A DNA stretch of 64,000 bases. Source: an uncultured Chloroflexia bacterium (GTDB lineage: Bacteria > Chloroflexota > Limnocylindria > QHBO01). The first letter of the stretch is position 1. Every line of letters begins with the position of its first letter. This document shows positions 33,863 through 44,926 of the stretch, piece after piece. The translations under genes were made by a program, and so were the position numbers. The stretch covers positions 192,817 through 256,816 of the forward strand of contig CAWFCQ010000006.1 of NCBI GenBank assembly GCA_963814375.1. The letters run 5' to 3'. The notes beneath the pieces were generated by a model. It was not told the DNA's origin and did no database searches. It worked only from the letters and a program-made list of their open reading frames with translations.

Positions 33863-35188
33863 CTAGTAGACGTAGTTGCCGTTCGAGAAGACCCGGTTCC
33901 TCAGCCGTCGGAACGTCCCGCTCGCCGCGCTGCCCGCAACCGACATGGCGATGTCGGGCTCGAACAGCGTCGAGACGAAGCGGTCGGCGACGACCTGGTC
34001 GTCGAACCGCAGGCCCATCTCCGGGTTGCGGTACAGCGCGAAGGCGTCGAGGTTCAGCGTGCCGATGAGGGCGCGATCGTCCGACACGATCACCTTGGCG
34101 TGGACGACGGCTGGGTACTCCCAGATCTCGACGCCGGCGGCGAGGAGCTCGTCGTAGTGGTGCTTGAACGCCCCGTAGGTGACCACGTTTGCGTGGGCCT
34201 GGTCGGCGATGACGAGCCGGACCCTGACGCCGCGCCGTGCCGCCGCGATGATCTCGCGGATCACCCCGGAGTCGCCGATGTAGTAGTTCATGATGTCGAG
34301 CCGTCGCTCGGCGGTCTCGATCAGCTCGATGGCGGCGTCGGTCAGGGGCAGCCAGCCGCGGGGCCAGTTCATGATCACGTTGACGGCGTGCGGGCCCTCC
34401 TCAGTGATCGGCGGGAAGTAGCCCTCGAGAACGCCCTCGCCACCGGGAAGCCGGCCGCCGTGGTAGGCGAAGGACGCCAGGAAGATCGCCTGCAGCTGCC
34501 GCGTGACGGGGCCGGTGAAGCGGATGTAGACGTCGTGGAAGCGGCCGTCGAAGAAGTGGTCCTCGAGGCCGGCGCCACCGACATAGCCGATGGCACCGTC
34601 GACGAGCACGAGCTTGCGATGCTCGACGCGCCCGGTCTGTCGGAGCCGCCCGGTCAGGCGTCGACTTCCGACCGGCCCATGGCGATCCGGCGGAATCAGA
34701 TCGTGGAGCATGGTTTCGACGCCGGCCTCGGCCAGCGAGTTGAACATCGCTTTTGACCCGGTGTACGCATGGCTGCCCAGGGCGTCGACGATCAGCCGCA
34801 CGGCGACGCCATCCCGCACCTTCTCGGCGAAGAGCGGCGCGAACTGGTCGCCGATGATGCCCGGCTGGAAGCCGTACTGCATGATGTGAACGGAGTGGCG
34901 CGCGCCGCCGATGTCCTCGAGCATCCGCGGATAGAAGACGCGCCCCTCGGGGAGGACCTCGACGTCGGCCGCCGACGACGGTCCCCACAGGCGCGCCAGG
35001 TCGGCGTGCTTCGGGCCGTCGGGCTGCGCCAGGGCTCGACGCGCGTACTCCATCGCGTCGGCGACCTCGATCGGCCCGGAATCGGCCGTCGGCGAGACCC
35101 GGCGGCCGAATCGGAGCACGAACCACCAGGCAACCGCGTACAGCGCCGCGAGCACGCCCGCCAGCGGGCCGAGAATCTGCCAGCTCAT
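33863..35188 (-). CDS. Cardiolipin synthase-like phospholipase D
   Basis: Two HKD motifs (HRKLVLVD, HAKVIVSD); N-terminal TM. Confidence 0.9.
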   Translation of the reverse strand: MSWQILGPLAGVLAALYAVAWWFVLRFGRRVSPTADSGPIEVADAMEYARRALAQPDGPKHADLARLWGPSSAADVEVLPEGRVFYPRMLEDIGGARHSVHIMQYGFQPGIIGDQFAPLFAEKVRDGVAVRLIVDALGSHAYTGSKAMFNSLAEAGVETMLHDLIPPDRHGPVGSRRLTGRLRQTGRVEHRKLVLVDGAIGYVGGAGLEDHFFDGRFHDVYIRFTGPVTRQLQAIFLASFAYHGGRLPGGEGVLEGYFPPITEEGPHAVNVIMNWPRGWLPLTDAAIELIETAERRLDIMNYYIGDSGVIREIIAAARRGVRVRLVIADQAHANVVTYGAFKHHYDELLAAGVEIWEYPAVVHAKVIVSDDRALIGTLNLDAFALYRNPEMGLRFDDQVVADRFVSTLFEPDIAMSVAGSAASGTFRRLRNRVFSNGNYVY

Positions 35189-35219
35189 CCGTGCTGTCCT
35201 CGATCGGTCGGGATGTGGG

Positions 35220-36398
35220 TCACGGGCCGGCCGCCGAGGGCTCGGCCGGGGCGACCGGTGAATTGGCCGGCTCGATGGCCGCAGGCTCTGGTTCGGGCCC
35301 GCCGTCGGTGAGGCGCAGCAGGTATGCGACGGTCTGGCGGCCGGCGGCGGCGAGCGGGAGGGCCAGGATGGCGCCCATCAGCCCGGCCAGCGCGGCGCCG
35401 ATGACGAGCGCGGGCAGGATGATCGCCGGATGGAGGTCGAGCGCGTCGCCGTGGACCTTCGGCTGGATCACGGCCCCGTCGATCTGCTCGACGATGACGA
35501 AGAGCACGCCGATCGCGACCACGCCCGGGAGGCCGGCGATGACCGCGGTGATGATGAGGATCGGGATGACCGCCAGGATCGGCCCGATGATCGGGATCAG
35601 CTCGGAGATCGCCAGGGTCGCCGCGAAGAGGAGGGCATAGTCGCCGATATCGGGGTCGATCCAGAGGCCGAACAGGTAGAACCCGATCAGGAACGGGACG
35701 AAGACGATGCCGGCGATGAGCGCCGTGCCCCGCGCCCAGGCGCCGAAGACGTCACCGAGAATCGCCAGGATCGCGAAGACCGAGGCGCGGAAGGAGCCGG
35801 GAACCGCGGTGCGCAGGCCGACGAGCAGGGCCGGGCTGTCGGACAGCGCGTAGAAGATCCAGAACGGGAGCCCGGCCCAGGCGATGACGATCGCCACGAA
35901 CCCGGCCAGGCCGGAGGCGAAGACGCCGAAGAGGCCGGCCAGGAACTCCGGGATGAGGGTGGGCCATGTCTCCACCCATCCGGCCACCGCTTCGTCGACG
36001 TCCTGGGGCAGAGGGAGGCCGAGGACCCAGTCGGCGACCGTGTCGGCGATCGCCGGCAGGTTGTTGAGGAGCGCGCCCAGCTGCTCGAGGAGAGCGGCGA
36101 GGATGAGCCACACGAACAGGACGACCGCGATGATGAGCGCGAAGAGGGCGATCAGCGTCCCGCCCCAACGGGGGACCCCAGCTCGCTGCATCCGGTCCAC
36201 GAGCCCGTTCATCAGGAAGACGAGAATCAGGCCGATGATGTACGGCGCCAGCGCCTGCTGCGTGAGGATCACGAGCACCGCCAGGACGACGATGACACCG
36301 CCGAAGATCACCGCATGCCAGGTCGGGGGCAGCTCCACCCGACTCGGAGAAGCTGGCGTGGCGGCGGGTGCGGACGGGATCGGCGACGAATTGACCAA
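35220..36398 (-). CDS. AI-2E family transporter
   Basis: Multi-TM; ELIPIIGP, QIDG..IQP, LHP..GAILALP; SD GGAGG before TTG. Confidence 0.9.
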   Translation of the reverse strand: MVNSSPIPSAPAATPASPSRVELPPTWHAVIFGGVIVVLAVLVILTQQALAPYIIGLILVFLMNGLVDRMQRAGVPRWGGTLIALFALIIAVVLFVWLILAALLEQLGALLNNLPAIADTVADWVLGLPLPQDVDEAVAGWVETWPTLIPEFLAGLFGVFASGLAGFVAIVIAWAGLPFWIFYALSDSPALLVGLRTAVPGSFRASVFAILAILGDVFGAWARGTALIAGIVFVPFLIGFYLFGLWIDPDIGDYALLFAATLAISELIPIIGPILAVIPILIITAVIAGLPGVVAIGVLFVIVEQIDGAVIQPKVHGDALDLHPAIILPALVIGAALAGLMGAILALPLAAAGRQTVAYLLRLTDGGPEPEPAAIEPANSPVAPAEPSAAGP

Positions 36399-36576
36399 GT
36401 AGACCTCCGGACCTGGTTCGAGCGCCCGTAGTATAGGAACCGATCCGGACCGCGAAGGCCGCGCACCTGCTCGATGGCATCCGCCACGCCTTGCGGGATC
36501 GTTATGGGGGCGAGACCACCGCAGGAGGCGCCGAGATGACGCTAACGGCTTCGCCCACCACCGGACGGTGCGCCGG

Positions 36577-37350
36577 GTGAGCGACCGTGTCCGCTACCTC
36601 GGCCACGCCACCGTGCTGATGGAGATCGCGAACCACCGGATCCTCACCGATCCCGTCCTCACCGAGCGCGTGCTGTTCATCCGCCGCGTGACGAGCGAGC
36701 TGCCGACGACGCCGGAGTCGCCGGCCGCGGTGCTCATCTCGCACGCCCACCAGGACCACCTCCACCTGCCGTCGATGAGGCTCCTGCCGCATGACCTGCC
36801 GGTCGTCGTGCCCGTCGGCCTCGGCGCGTTCGTCCGTCGCTGGGGGTTCGGCTCGGTCACCGAGCTGGCGGTCGGGGCGGAGATCGAGTTCGGACCAGTC
36901 ACGGTGCAGGCTGTGCCGGCCGTCCATTCCGGCAAGCGTCCGCCCTCGGGGCCGAACGCGGAGGCAATCGGGTTCCTCGTTACCGGCGGCGGGCGCACCG
37001 TGTACTTCGCGGGCGATACCGATCTCTTCGACGGCATGGACGACCTCGCCGAGCGCGGCATCGACGTCGCCCTCCTCCCGGTGTGGGGCTGGGGGCCGCG
37101 CCTCGGTCCGGGGCACCTCGACCCGGAGCGTGCGGCCGAAGCCGTTGCGAGGCTCCGACCGACCGTCGCGATCCCGATCCACTGGGGCACGCTGTGGCCG
37201 ATGGCGATGCGCTGGCGGCGCCACCGCCTCAGCGAGCCGCCGATCCAGCTGGCTGATGCCGTCCGACGACGGGACCTGCCCGCGCGCGTCGTGATCCTCC
37301 AGCCAGGGGACGCGCTGGACCTGCCCGAGCAGGGACGGGGAGCCGCCTGA
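36577..37350 (+). CDS. MBL-fold metallo-hydrolase
   Basis: YLGHAT, SHAHQDHL, YFAGDT, PIHWGT. Confidence 0.92.
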   Translation: MSDRVRYLGHATVLMEIANHRILTDPVLTERVLFIRRVTSELPTTPESPAAVLISHAHQDHLHLPSMRLLPHDLPVVVPVGLGAFVRRWGFGSVTELAVGAEIEFGPVTVQAVPAVHSGKRPPSGPNAEAIGFLVTGGGRTVYFAGDTDLFDGMDDLAERGIDVALLPVWGWGPRLGPGHLDPERAAEAVARLRPTVAIPIHWGTLWPMAMRWRRHRLSEPPIQLADAVRRRDLPARVVILQPGDALDLPEQGRGAA

Positions 37351-39470
37351 TGCTGTCGCGCATCGGCCGCCTCTACCGCGCCCAGTGGCATGCGCTCGGC
37401 AGCCTCAACACGAGCCTGCGAGGGCTGCTGTGGCGGGTGGTCTTCTCGGTCGCCGCCTCGGCGATCGCGTTCGGCATCGCCACGTGGGTGACGCCGGGCA
37501 TCAGCGAGGCGGGCAACCCGAGCGTTCTCACGGCGGTGGTTCTGCTCGGCATCGTCGACATCCTCGTTCGACCGCTGCTGCTTGCCGTCGCGCTGCCGGT
37601 CGGGCTCATCGCCGTCGCCCTGGTCGGCCTGCTGCTGCGAATCCTGGCTTTCGCCTTCATCCTGCCGGCCGCTGGATACGGGATCGATTCGTTCGTCACG
37701 ATCCTCGTCGCGTCCCTCATCTACGGAACGGTCCAGACCATCCTCACCGGTCTCATCGGCATGTCGGACGAGGACTCGTTCTCGGCCCGGACCGTGGCCC
37801 AGGTCATCCGCGACGACGTGGATCGGCAGGAGAGCGACGTCCCGGGCGTCGTGATCATCCAGATCGACGGCCTGGCGGCGCCGCTCCTCAGGGCGCAGGT
37901 CCGGGCCGGCAACCTGCCGACGCTCTCGACCTGGATCCGTGGCGGCAGCCATCGAATGATCGAGTGGACCGCGCTGCTTCCCTCGCAGACGTCCGCCAGC
38001 CAGGCGGGCCTGCTGCTCGGGAGCAACGACGGGATTCCTGCCTTCCGCTGGTACGAGAAGGAGGACCGGCGGCTGCTGGTCTCGAACCACCCGGAGGACG
38101 CACGCGAGATCGAAAGGCGCCTCTCGACCGGTGCCGGCCTCCTCGCCGATGGCGGTGCCAGCATCGACAACCTGTTCAGCGGCGACGCGCAGATCAGCCG
38201 GCTGACGATGAGCAAGGTGGGAGTGAACGAGGACCAGGCGGGTGCAACGCGAAGCCTCTACTACTTCGTGCTCAACCCGTATAGCCTCGGGCGGGCGATC
38301 GTCCGCACGCTCGGGGAGGCGGCGAAGGAGGTCTACCAGGCGCGCCAGCAGATACGGCGAGGGATCGTGCCGCGCATGCATCGCGGCGGCACGTACCCGT
38401 TCCTGCGGGCGGCTACGAACGTCGTGATGCGCGACCTGAACCTCGCGCTCGTCACCGAGCAGATGCTGCGCGGCACGCCGGTGATCTACGTCGACTTCCT
38501 CGACTACGACGAGATCGCGCACCACTCAGGGCCGGAGCGGGCCGAGGCGATCCACTCGCTGGAGGGGGTCGACCGGGCTCTCGGCCGGCTCGAGAAGCTC
38601 ATCGAGAGCTGCCCGCGGCCGTACCGGATCGTGATCGTCTCGGACCACGGCCAGAGCCAGGGCGCGACCTTCCGTCAGCGGTACGGGGAGACGATCGAGG
38701 AGTGGCTCCGCGAGCGGATGGCTGTCCCGGTCGCGGTCGGGGCCACCGAGGCCAACACCGAGCAGCTGGGGCAGCTGTCGGCGGTGCTCACCGAGGTCAG
38801 CGCCGCCGACGGCGCCGTCCCGAGCATGGCTCGCCGCGCGATGCGCGACCAGACCCGCAACGGCATCGTCGAGATCGGGCAGATGGGCGAGGAGCGCTCG
38901 GCTGCCCCCGCCGACGCCCTGCCCGACCTCGTCGTGTGCGCCTCGGGCAACCTCGCCCTCATTTATTTCGGGCTCGGCGACGAGCGCCTGACGCGGGAAA
39001 GGATCGACGGCGCCTACCCCGGCCTGGTCGACGACCTCGTCGCCCACGACGGCATCGGGCTCGTGCTCGTGAAGACCGAGTCGGACGGGTCGGTGGTGCT
39101 CGGTCGGAACGGGAGCCATCGAGTCGTGGACGGCAAGGTGACCGGGGAGGATCCGCTCGCGCGCTACGGCCCGATGGGGATCGCCCATTTCCGCAGGCTC
39201 GATGAGATCGCGCATGTCGGCGACCTGGCCCTCATCAGCCGCATGGACGAAGGCACCGACGAGGTCGCCGCATTCGAGGAGCTCATCGGCTCGCACGGCG
39301 GGCTCGGTGGCTGGCAGACGCGGGCGACGCTCGTCTATCCGTCCGCGTGGCCATCGCCGGAGGGGCCCCTCATCGGTGCCCCCGCGGTCCACCGGCAGCT
39401 GAAGGCATGGATCGCGGCCCTGAAGAGCACCACCGCGCCGATGCCGCCAGGCGACCCTGGGGCGGCGTAG
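37350..39470 (+). CDS. 4-TM holin-like domain fused to alkaline-phosphatase-superfamily phosphodiesterase
   Basis: N-terminal 4 TM; IQIDGL, SQTSASQ, DEIAHH, SDHGQ, GSHGGLGG. Confidence 0.85.
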   Translation: MLSRIGRLYRAQWHALGSLNTSLRGLLWRVVFSVAASAIAFGIATWVTPGISEAGNPSVLTAVVLLGIVDILVRPLLLAVALPVGLIAVALVGLLLRILAFAFILPAAGYGIDSFVTILVASLIYGTVQTILTGLIGMSDEDSFSARTVAQVIRDDVDRQESDVPGVVIIQIDGLAAPLLRAQVRAGNLPTLSTWIRGGSHRMIEWTALLPSQTSASQAGLLLGSNDGIPAFRWYEKEDRRLLVSNHPEDAREIERRLSTGAGLLADGGASIDNLFSGDAQISRLTMSKVGVNEDQAGATRSLYYFVLNPYSLGRAIVRTLGEAAKEVYQARQQIRRGIVPRMHRGGTYPFLRAATNVVMRDLNLALVTEQMLRGTPVIYVDFLDYDEIAHHSGPERAEAIHSLEGVDRALGRLEKLIESCPRPYRIVIVSDHGQSQGATFRQRYGETIEEWLRERMAVPVAVGATEANTEQLGQLSAVLTEVSAADGAVPSMARRAMRDQTRNGIVEIGQMGEERSAAPADALPDLVVCASGNLALIYFGLGDERLTRERIDGAYPGLVDDLVAHDGIGLVLVKTESDGSVVLGRNGSHRVVDGKVTGEDPLARYGPMGIAHFRRLDEIAHVGDLALISRMDEGTDEVAAFEELIGSHGGLGGWQTRATLVYPSAWPSPEGPLIGAPAVHRQLKAWIAALKSTTAPMPPGDPGAA

Positions 39471-39492
39471 GAAAACGCCCGCCCTCGTCCGC

Positions 39493-40143
39493 TCATCGTC
39501 TGAGCAACGCCTCCAGCACCAGCAGCAGGCCGATCGCTCCCACCAGGATCGCGCCGAGCGGCCCTCCCTCGATCCGGTCGAGCGCCGGTCGAGCCCGACG
39601 CTCCATGGCATCGAAGCGGTCGCGCCGGAAGACATAGACCAGCATCGGCCCCCAGACCGGCGTCTGCCAGATGAGCAGCAGCAGGGCGGCAAACGAGAGG
39701 CTGGTCACGGTCGGGGCCCCCACCAGCCCGAGGCGGTAGCCGCCGGCGATGAGCAGCAGCAGCCGGCCGAAGGACTGGAAGGCGACACCGGCTCCCAGCC
39801 CGAAGGAGGTGAGCAGTGGGTGCCGCGAAGGTTGGGATGGGGCATCACCACGCCGGCGCTGCCGCACGAACATCACGCCGGCAGTGACGATCATGAGCAG
39901 GCCCAGAACCAGCCCGACGAGGCTCTCCGCCTCGTCGCCACCGGCGACCTGGCGGCCGGCCAGGCCGAGGAGCACGGCGGTCGCGAACACGACGGTCGTC
40001 CCGGCCGCGTACGAGATGGCGCGCGGCCACGGCGTGTCGGGGTTCGTCAGCAGGAGCATCACGAGCGCCGCACGGGTGGGGGAGAAGATCCCCACGGCGC
40101 CGAAGGCGATGGCGGTGAGGGTCAGCTGCAGCGCTGGCGACAC
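39493..40143 (-). CDS. GAP/Sap-like (LysE superfamily) membrane protein
   Basis: 6 TM; FSP near N-terminus; family call by overall pattern. Confidence 0.6.
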   Translation of the reverse strand: MSPALQLTLTAIAFGAVGIFSPTRAALVMLLLTNPDTPWPRAISYAAGTTVVFATAVLLGLAGRQVAGGDEAESLVGLVLGLLMIVTAGVMFVRQRRRGDAPSQPSRHPLLTSFGLGAGVAFQSFGRLLLLIAGGYRLGLVGAPTVTSLSFAALLLLIWQTPVWGPMLVYVFRRDRFDAMERRARPALDRIEGGPLGAILVGAIGLLLVLEALLRR

Positions 40144-40146
40144 GGG

Positions 40147-41316
40147 TCAGGCGGTGCGCGTGCGGCCGGCGACGTACGCGACCGCCGCAGCAACGAAGCC
40201 GATCGCGGCCAGCGTGATCAACGCCGGCTGCAGGCTGGCGACCAGCGTCGCGAGGACCTCTTCCATCGCGCGCCGTCCCGTGGGACTGGCGACCGCCTCC
40301 GTCAGCTCGGACGAGACGACGTTGACGAGCAGGAGGCCGAGGAGCAGGCCGAGCCCGCCACCGATCGCGACCCGGAAGACGCCCGACCCGATCGACGGGG
40401 CGGTGAGCACGGCCCCCAGCGACAGGAGGATGGCGGCGATGATCAGAGCCCACACGACTCGATCGAGCGTCACGATCATGCCCTGGAGCTCGCGGAGCTG
40501 CTGCTCGGACATGATCTCCACCTGGCCGAACTCAGGACCCAGCCGCGCGCCGAGCGCCTCCGCCAGCCGCTCGCGCGCGGGCCCGGGCTCATCGCTCGCC
40601 GAGAAGTCCGGCAGTGCGTCACCGTCGATCCCGAGGACGTCGGTGCCCCGCTCGATGACCGATCGCAGAACCGCGCCGATCAACGGCACCATGTTCAGGC
40701 GCACCTCGCCGTCGCTGATCACGACGTTGGGAAGCTGCTCGGTCTCATCGCGCAGCAGCAGGACGATGCGCTCGTGCGCGACCTCCGTCAGCTGCAGCAG
40801 CAGGTCGGTGGTGCGCGGATCGTCGATGACCGTCTCGACGGCACCGCGAATGCGCGACTCGATGCCGGCCGCGATTGGTGCGGCGAGCCGATCCAGGCCG
40901 ATGTCGACGCGACCGAGCAGCGCCGCCTGCGACGGGGTCAGGTCGAGCGCCTCGGCGAGGCCCTCGCTGAGCCGATCGTCGACCCCGGAGATCACCGTCT
41001 CCACGCGCTGCGGCACGTCGAGCGCCGCGAGCAGCTCCGTGGCGAGGTAGTCCGCGGTGGCGGCCTGGACTGCCTCGCTCTCGACGGCGGGCGAGACGAC
41101 GGCCATGAACGCGTCGGTGTCGAGCACCGTCTCGTGCACCCACACGGCCAAGATCGACACGGCGATGGCGAGTGCGGCGAGAACGGCCAGCACCCACGCC
41201 GCGACGGGCCGCCCCCAGCGCCGCCAGCCCGACGAGCTCGGGCCCTCGGTCGCGTCGCCGGCCTCGACCTCGATCTCCGTGACCTCACCCTCCGAGTGGC
41301 AGTCTGCCCCCAGCAC
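40147..41316 (-). CDS. Hypothetical membrane protein with large extracytoplasmic helical region
   Basis: TM, W...TVLDTD.F, C-terminal 3 TM; start uncertain. Confidence 0.72.
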   Translation of the reverse strand: MLGADCHSEGEVTEIEVEAGDATEGPSSSGWRRWGRPVAAWVLAVLAALAIAVSILAVWVHETVLDTDAFMAVVSPAVESEAVQAATADYLATELLAALDVPQRVETVISGVDDRLSEGLAEALDLTPSQAALLGRVDIGLDRLAAPIAAGIESRIRGAVETVIDDPRTTDLLLQLTEVAHERIVLLLRDETEQLPNVVISDGEVRLNMVPLIGAVLRSVIERGTDVLGIDGDALPDFSASDEPGPARERLAEALGARLGPEFGQVEIMSEQQLRELQGMIVTLDRVVWALIIAAILLSLGAVLTAPSIGSGVFRVAIGGGLGLLLGLLLVNVVSSELTEAVASPTGRRAMEEVLATLVASLQPALITLAAIGFVAAAVAYVAGRTRTA

Positions 41317-41506
41317 GTACGCGGCCGGGTCGTCGATCGGATCGGTCCCGCGCTGGACCGGCCGAATCGATGTCCGCCCGTGGTAGGGTAGCGCCCGTCC
41401 GGGCGGCTGATCGGCCGTCACCGGCCACCCAATCGCATGAAGCCGCAGCGCCGGCCCTCCTCGTGTCCTCGGGCGTGGGCGCTACCAGCCTGACCCGGGA
41501 GGCAGC

Positions 41507-42568
<1,062 letters not shown>

Positions 42569-42581
42569 GCCGCGCCTTCCC

Positions 42582-43436
42582 ATGTTCGGGCCGACCAGCC
42601 CGCACCGCCGCACCCGGGCCGGCCTCTGGTTCGCCGGGTTCACGATCGCCAGCCTGCTCATGCTGCTGGCGAGCTCGACCGATGCGGCCCTGACGCTCCA
42701 GCGGGTCACGACCCGCGCGCTCGACCCGGTCCGCCAGGCGATCGGCGGGGCGGGCGCCGGGGTCGCCGGGCTGTTCGGTGCGATCGGCGAGATCGATCGG
42801 CTGCGCGGGGAGAACGCTGAGCTGCGCGTGGCGCTGGACGGCGCGGAGCAGCGGATCACCGAGCTCACCGAGGCGGCGCGCGAGAACGACGAGCTTCGCG
42901 AGCTGCTCGGCATCACCGAGGCGCTGGAGATGGATCTGCTTCCCGTCCGGGTCATCAGCCGAGACCCCTCCAACTTCGCGTGGGAGGCCGGGATCGACGC
43001 CGGCCGCGATGACGGGCTCCGGGTCGGCATGCCGGTCGTCGCCAACGCCGACGGTGCGGGCGCCCTCGCGGGCACGGTGATCGGCGTCACCGCGGACACC
43101 GCACGGGTCAGATTCATCGTCGACACACGCTCGTCGGTCATCGCGCTCGACCAGCGCACGAGGGCCCTCGGCGAGCTTCGCGGCCAGGCGGGCGGCCAGC
43201 TGGTGATGAGCGCCGTGCCGGTGACCGAGGAGGTCGCCGTTGGAGACACGATCATCAGCGCCGGCCTGACGTTCGGCGAGGAGGCCAGCCGATATCCGGG
43301 CGGGCTGCTGATCGGGACGGTCCAGGCGGTGGAAGACGATCCGAACGCGCTGACGCAGACGGCGTTCGTGCGTCCGGCCTTCGACGTGGCCGGCGCCGAG
43401 CGGCTGCTCGTCGTGCTCGACTTCAGCCAGGGCTGA
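42582..43436 (+). CDS. mreC: Rod shape-determining protein MreC
   Basis: TM, coiled coil (LRGENAEL, RENDELRELL), G..DG..VGMPVV, GD.IISAG, YPGGLLIG. Confidence 0.92.
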   Translation: MFGPTSPHRRTRAGLWFAGFTIASLLMLLASSTDAALTLQRVTTRALDPVRQAIGGAGAGVAGLFGAIGEIDRLRGENAELRVALDGAEQRITELTEAARENDELRELLGITEALEMDLLPVRVISRDPSNFAWEAGIDAGRDDGLRVGMPVVANADGAGALAGTVIGVTADTARVRFIVDTRSSVIALDQRTRALGELRGQAGGQLVMSAVPVTEEVAVGDTIISAGLTFGEEASRYPGGLLIGTVQAVEDDPNALTQTAFVRPAFDVAGAERLLVVLDFSQG

Positions 43437-43570
43437 CACCGCGAGGGGCCGCCGGTGCCGTGAGGCACATGGCCCGATGGACGGGGCGCGGATGCGGACC
43501 ATCGCGCCATGGGTTGTTGCCTCGCCTCGGCCTAGGGTGGAGGCGTACCCTCTTGTTCAGGAGCCCTGTA

Positions 43571-44806
43571 TTGCCTGTCCGCGCCCGTAGCTTCGCCGTC
43601 GCGATTTCCCTGGCCCTCCTCGCAGGAGCCGGCCTCGCACCGGCCGCCCAGCCCGCCGGCGCCGCGGTGGCGGCAAAGAAGGTCGCGATCATCGTCGGGC
43701 CCGTCGGCTCGATGACCGCCGGCTATCGGACCCGGGCCGACCAGGTCGCCGCCGCGGCCACGGCCGCCGGCGCCACCGTGGTCAAGGCCTATTCGCCGAC
43801 CGCCACCTGGGCACGGGTCAGGGCTGCCGTCAATGGCGCCAACGTGATCGTGTACTTCGGCCACGGCAACGGCTACCCGAATCCTTACAGCAGCACCGAG
43901 AACCGCGACCGCGTGAACGGCTGGGGCCTGAATCGCACCGAGACCGGCGGCGATGTCGACAACTGGGGCACCACGATGGTGTATTGCGGCGAGAAGGCCC
44001 TGCTCGGCACCCTCACCGCGGCGGATGGCGCCGCCCAGTGGAGCTTCTGCGGCGGCAGGACGAACACGGATCGGATCACGCCCGCACCCGGGTTCACGAT
44101 GGTCTACGGCCAGGCGCACTACGCCCCCGGCTTTGGCGAGCGCTATGACAAGTCCGATCCACTGACGACGCTCGCGGAGGCCCAGGCGCGCGTTCGGCAC
44201 TACAGCTACCCCGTCCTGGCCCTCGGCGGCCGTGGGTACTTCGCGACCGCCTACGGTGATGCTGACGACATCGTGCGCCGGGTGCTGACCAGGCCGGGCG
44301 ACACCTTCGCCCAGACCTTCCGCGCCGGCGAGGGCTACAGCCCGTCGACGTTCAAGGCGACGCCGCATCCCGATGTCAGCGGTGCCCAGGTGTGGGTCCA
44401 GCGCACGGTCGCCGGCTCGCTGCACTTCGGTCAGCCCGACTACTGGTACGCCTTCGCCGGCAATCCCAACGTCGCGCCGAATGGCACGACCGGACCGCGA
44501 ATCCTGATCTACCGGCCGTCGCCGAATGCCATCAACGCGCTGACCAACCACATCGTGACCGCGACCTTCGATCGACCGATGACGAACGTGAACGGCACGA
44601 ACTTCTACCTGCGGCGACTCTCCGACCTGACGCGGGTGGATGCCACCGTCACGTACAACAGCTACTGGAAGCGAGCGGAGCTCCGGCCCACCGTGCCCCT
44701 CGACCCCGGGGCGACGTACGTGGTGACCGCGGCCGGCGGGCTGAGCTCGACCACGGGACAGCCGTTCATCGCCTACTCCTGGCGCTTCACGGTCAGCCCG
44801 CCCTGA
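43571..44806 (+). CDS. Secreted protein: caspase/gingipain-like alpha/beta domain + Big_5-type Ig domain
   Basis: SD CAGGAG before TTG; signal peptide; VIVYFGHG; C-terminal ATFDRPM..YVVT..WRFT. Confidence 0.8.
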   Translation: MPVRARSFAVAISLALLAGAGLAPAAQPAGAAVAAKKVAIIVGPVGSMTAGYRTRADQVAAAATAAGATVVKAYSPTATWARVRAAVNGANVIVYFGHGNGYPNPYSSTENRDRVNGWGLNRTETGGDVDNWGTTMVYCGEKALLGTLTAADGAAQWSFCGGRTNTDRITPAPGFTMVYGQAHYAPGFGERYDKSDPLTTLAEAQARVRHYSYPVLALGGRGYFATAYGDADDIVRRVLTRPGDTFAQTFRAGEGYSPSTFKATPHPDVSGAQVWVQRTVAGSLHFGQPDYWYAFAGNPNVAPNGTTGPRILIYRPSPNAINALTNHIVTATFDRPMTNVNGTNFYLRRLSDLTRVDATVTYNSYWKRAELRPTVPLDPGATYVVTAAGGLSSTTGQPFIAYSWRFTVSPP

Positions 44807-44844
44807 GCCTTCGGGCCGCGGCATGGCCCTTCCGTACCATGGCA

Positions 44845-44897
44845 TCGGTGCGCCGAAGGTAGGTAGGGTCTTGTGCACTCCGGTAGCCGAGTGTCAC
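44845..44897 (+). promoter_or_regulatory. Structured upstream element copy 1 (hairpin-N4-AGGTAGGGTCT-hairpin)
   Basis: TCGG-TGCG-CCGA, AGGT, AGGTAGGGTCT, GTGCACTC..GAGTGTCAC. Confidence 0.5.
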
Positions 44898-44926
44898 GTC
44901 CGTCTCGCACGACGAGGTCCATTCCC

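Noticed and set aside
37350-37780. Holin-like domain as a prophage sign
   Set aside because: Fused to a phosphodiesterase; no phage genes nearby
44812-44829. GGGCC..GGCCC hairpin as a terminator
   Set aside because: No U-tract and a short stem
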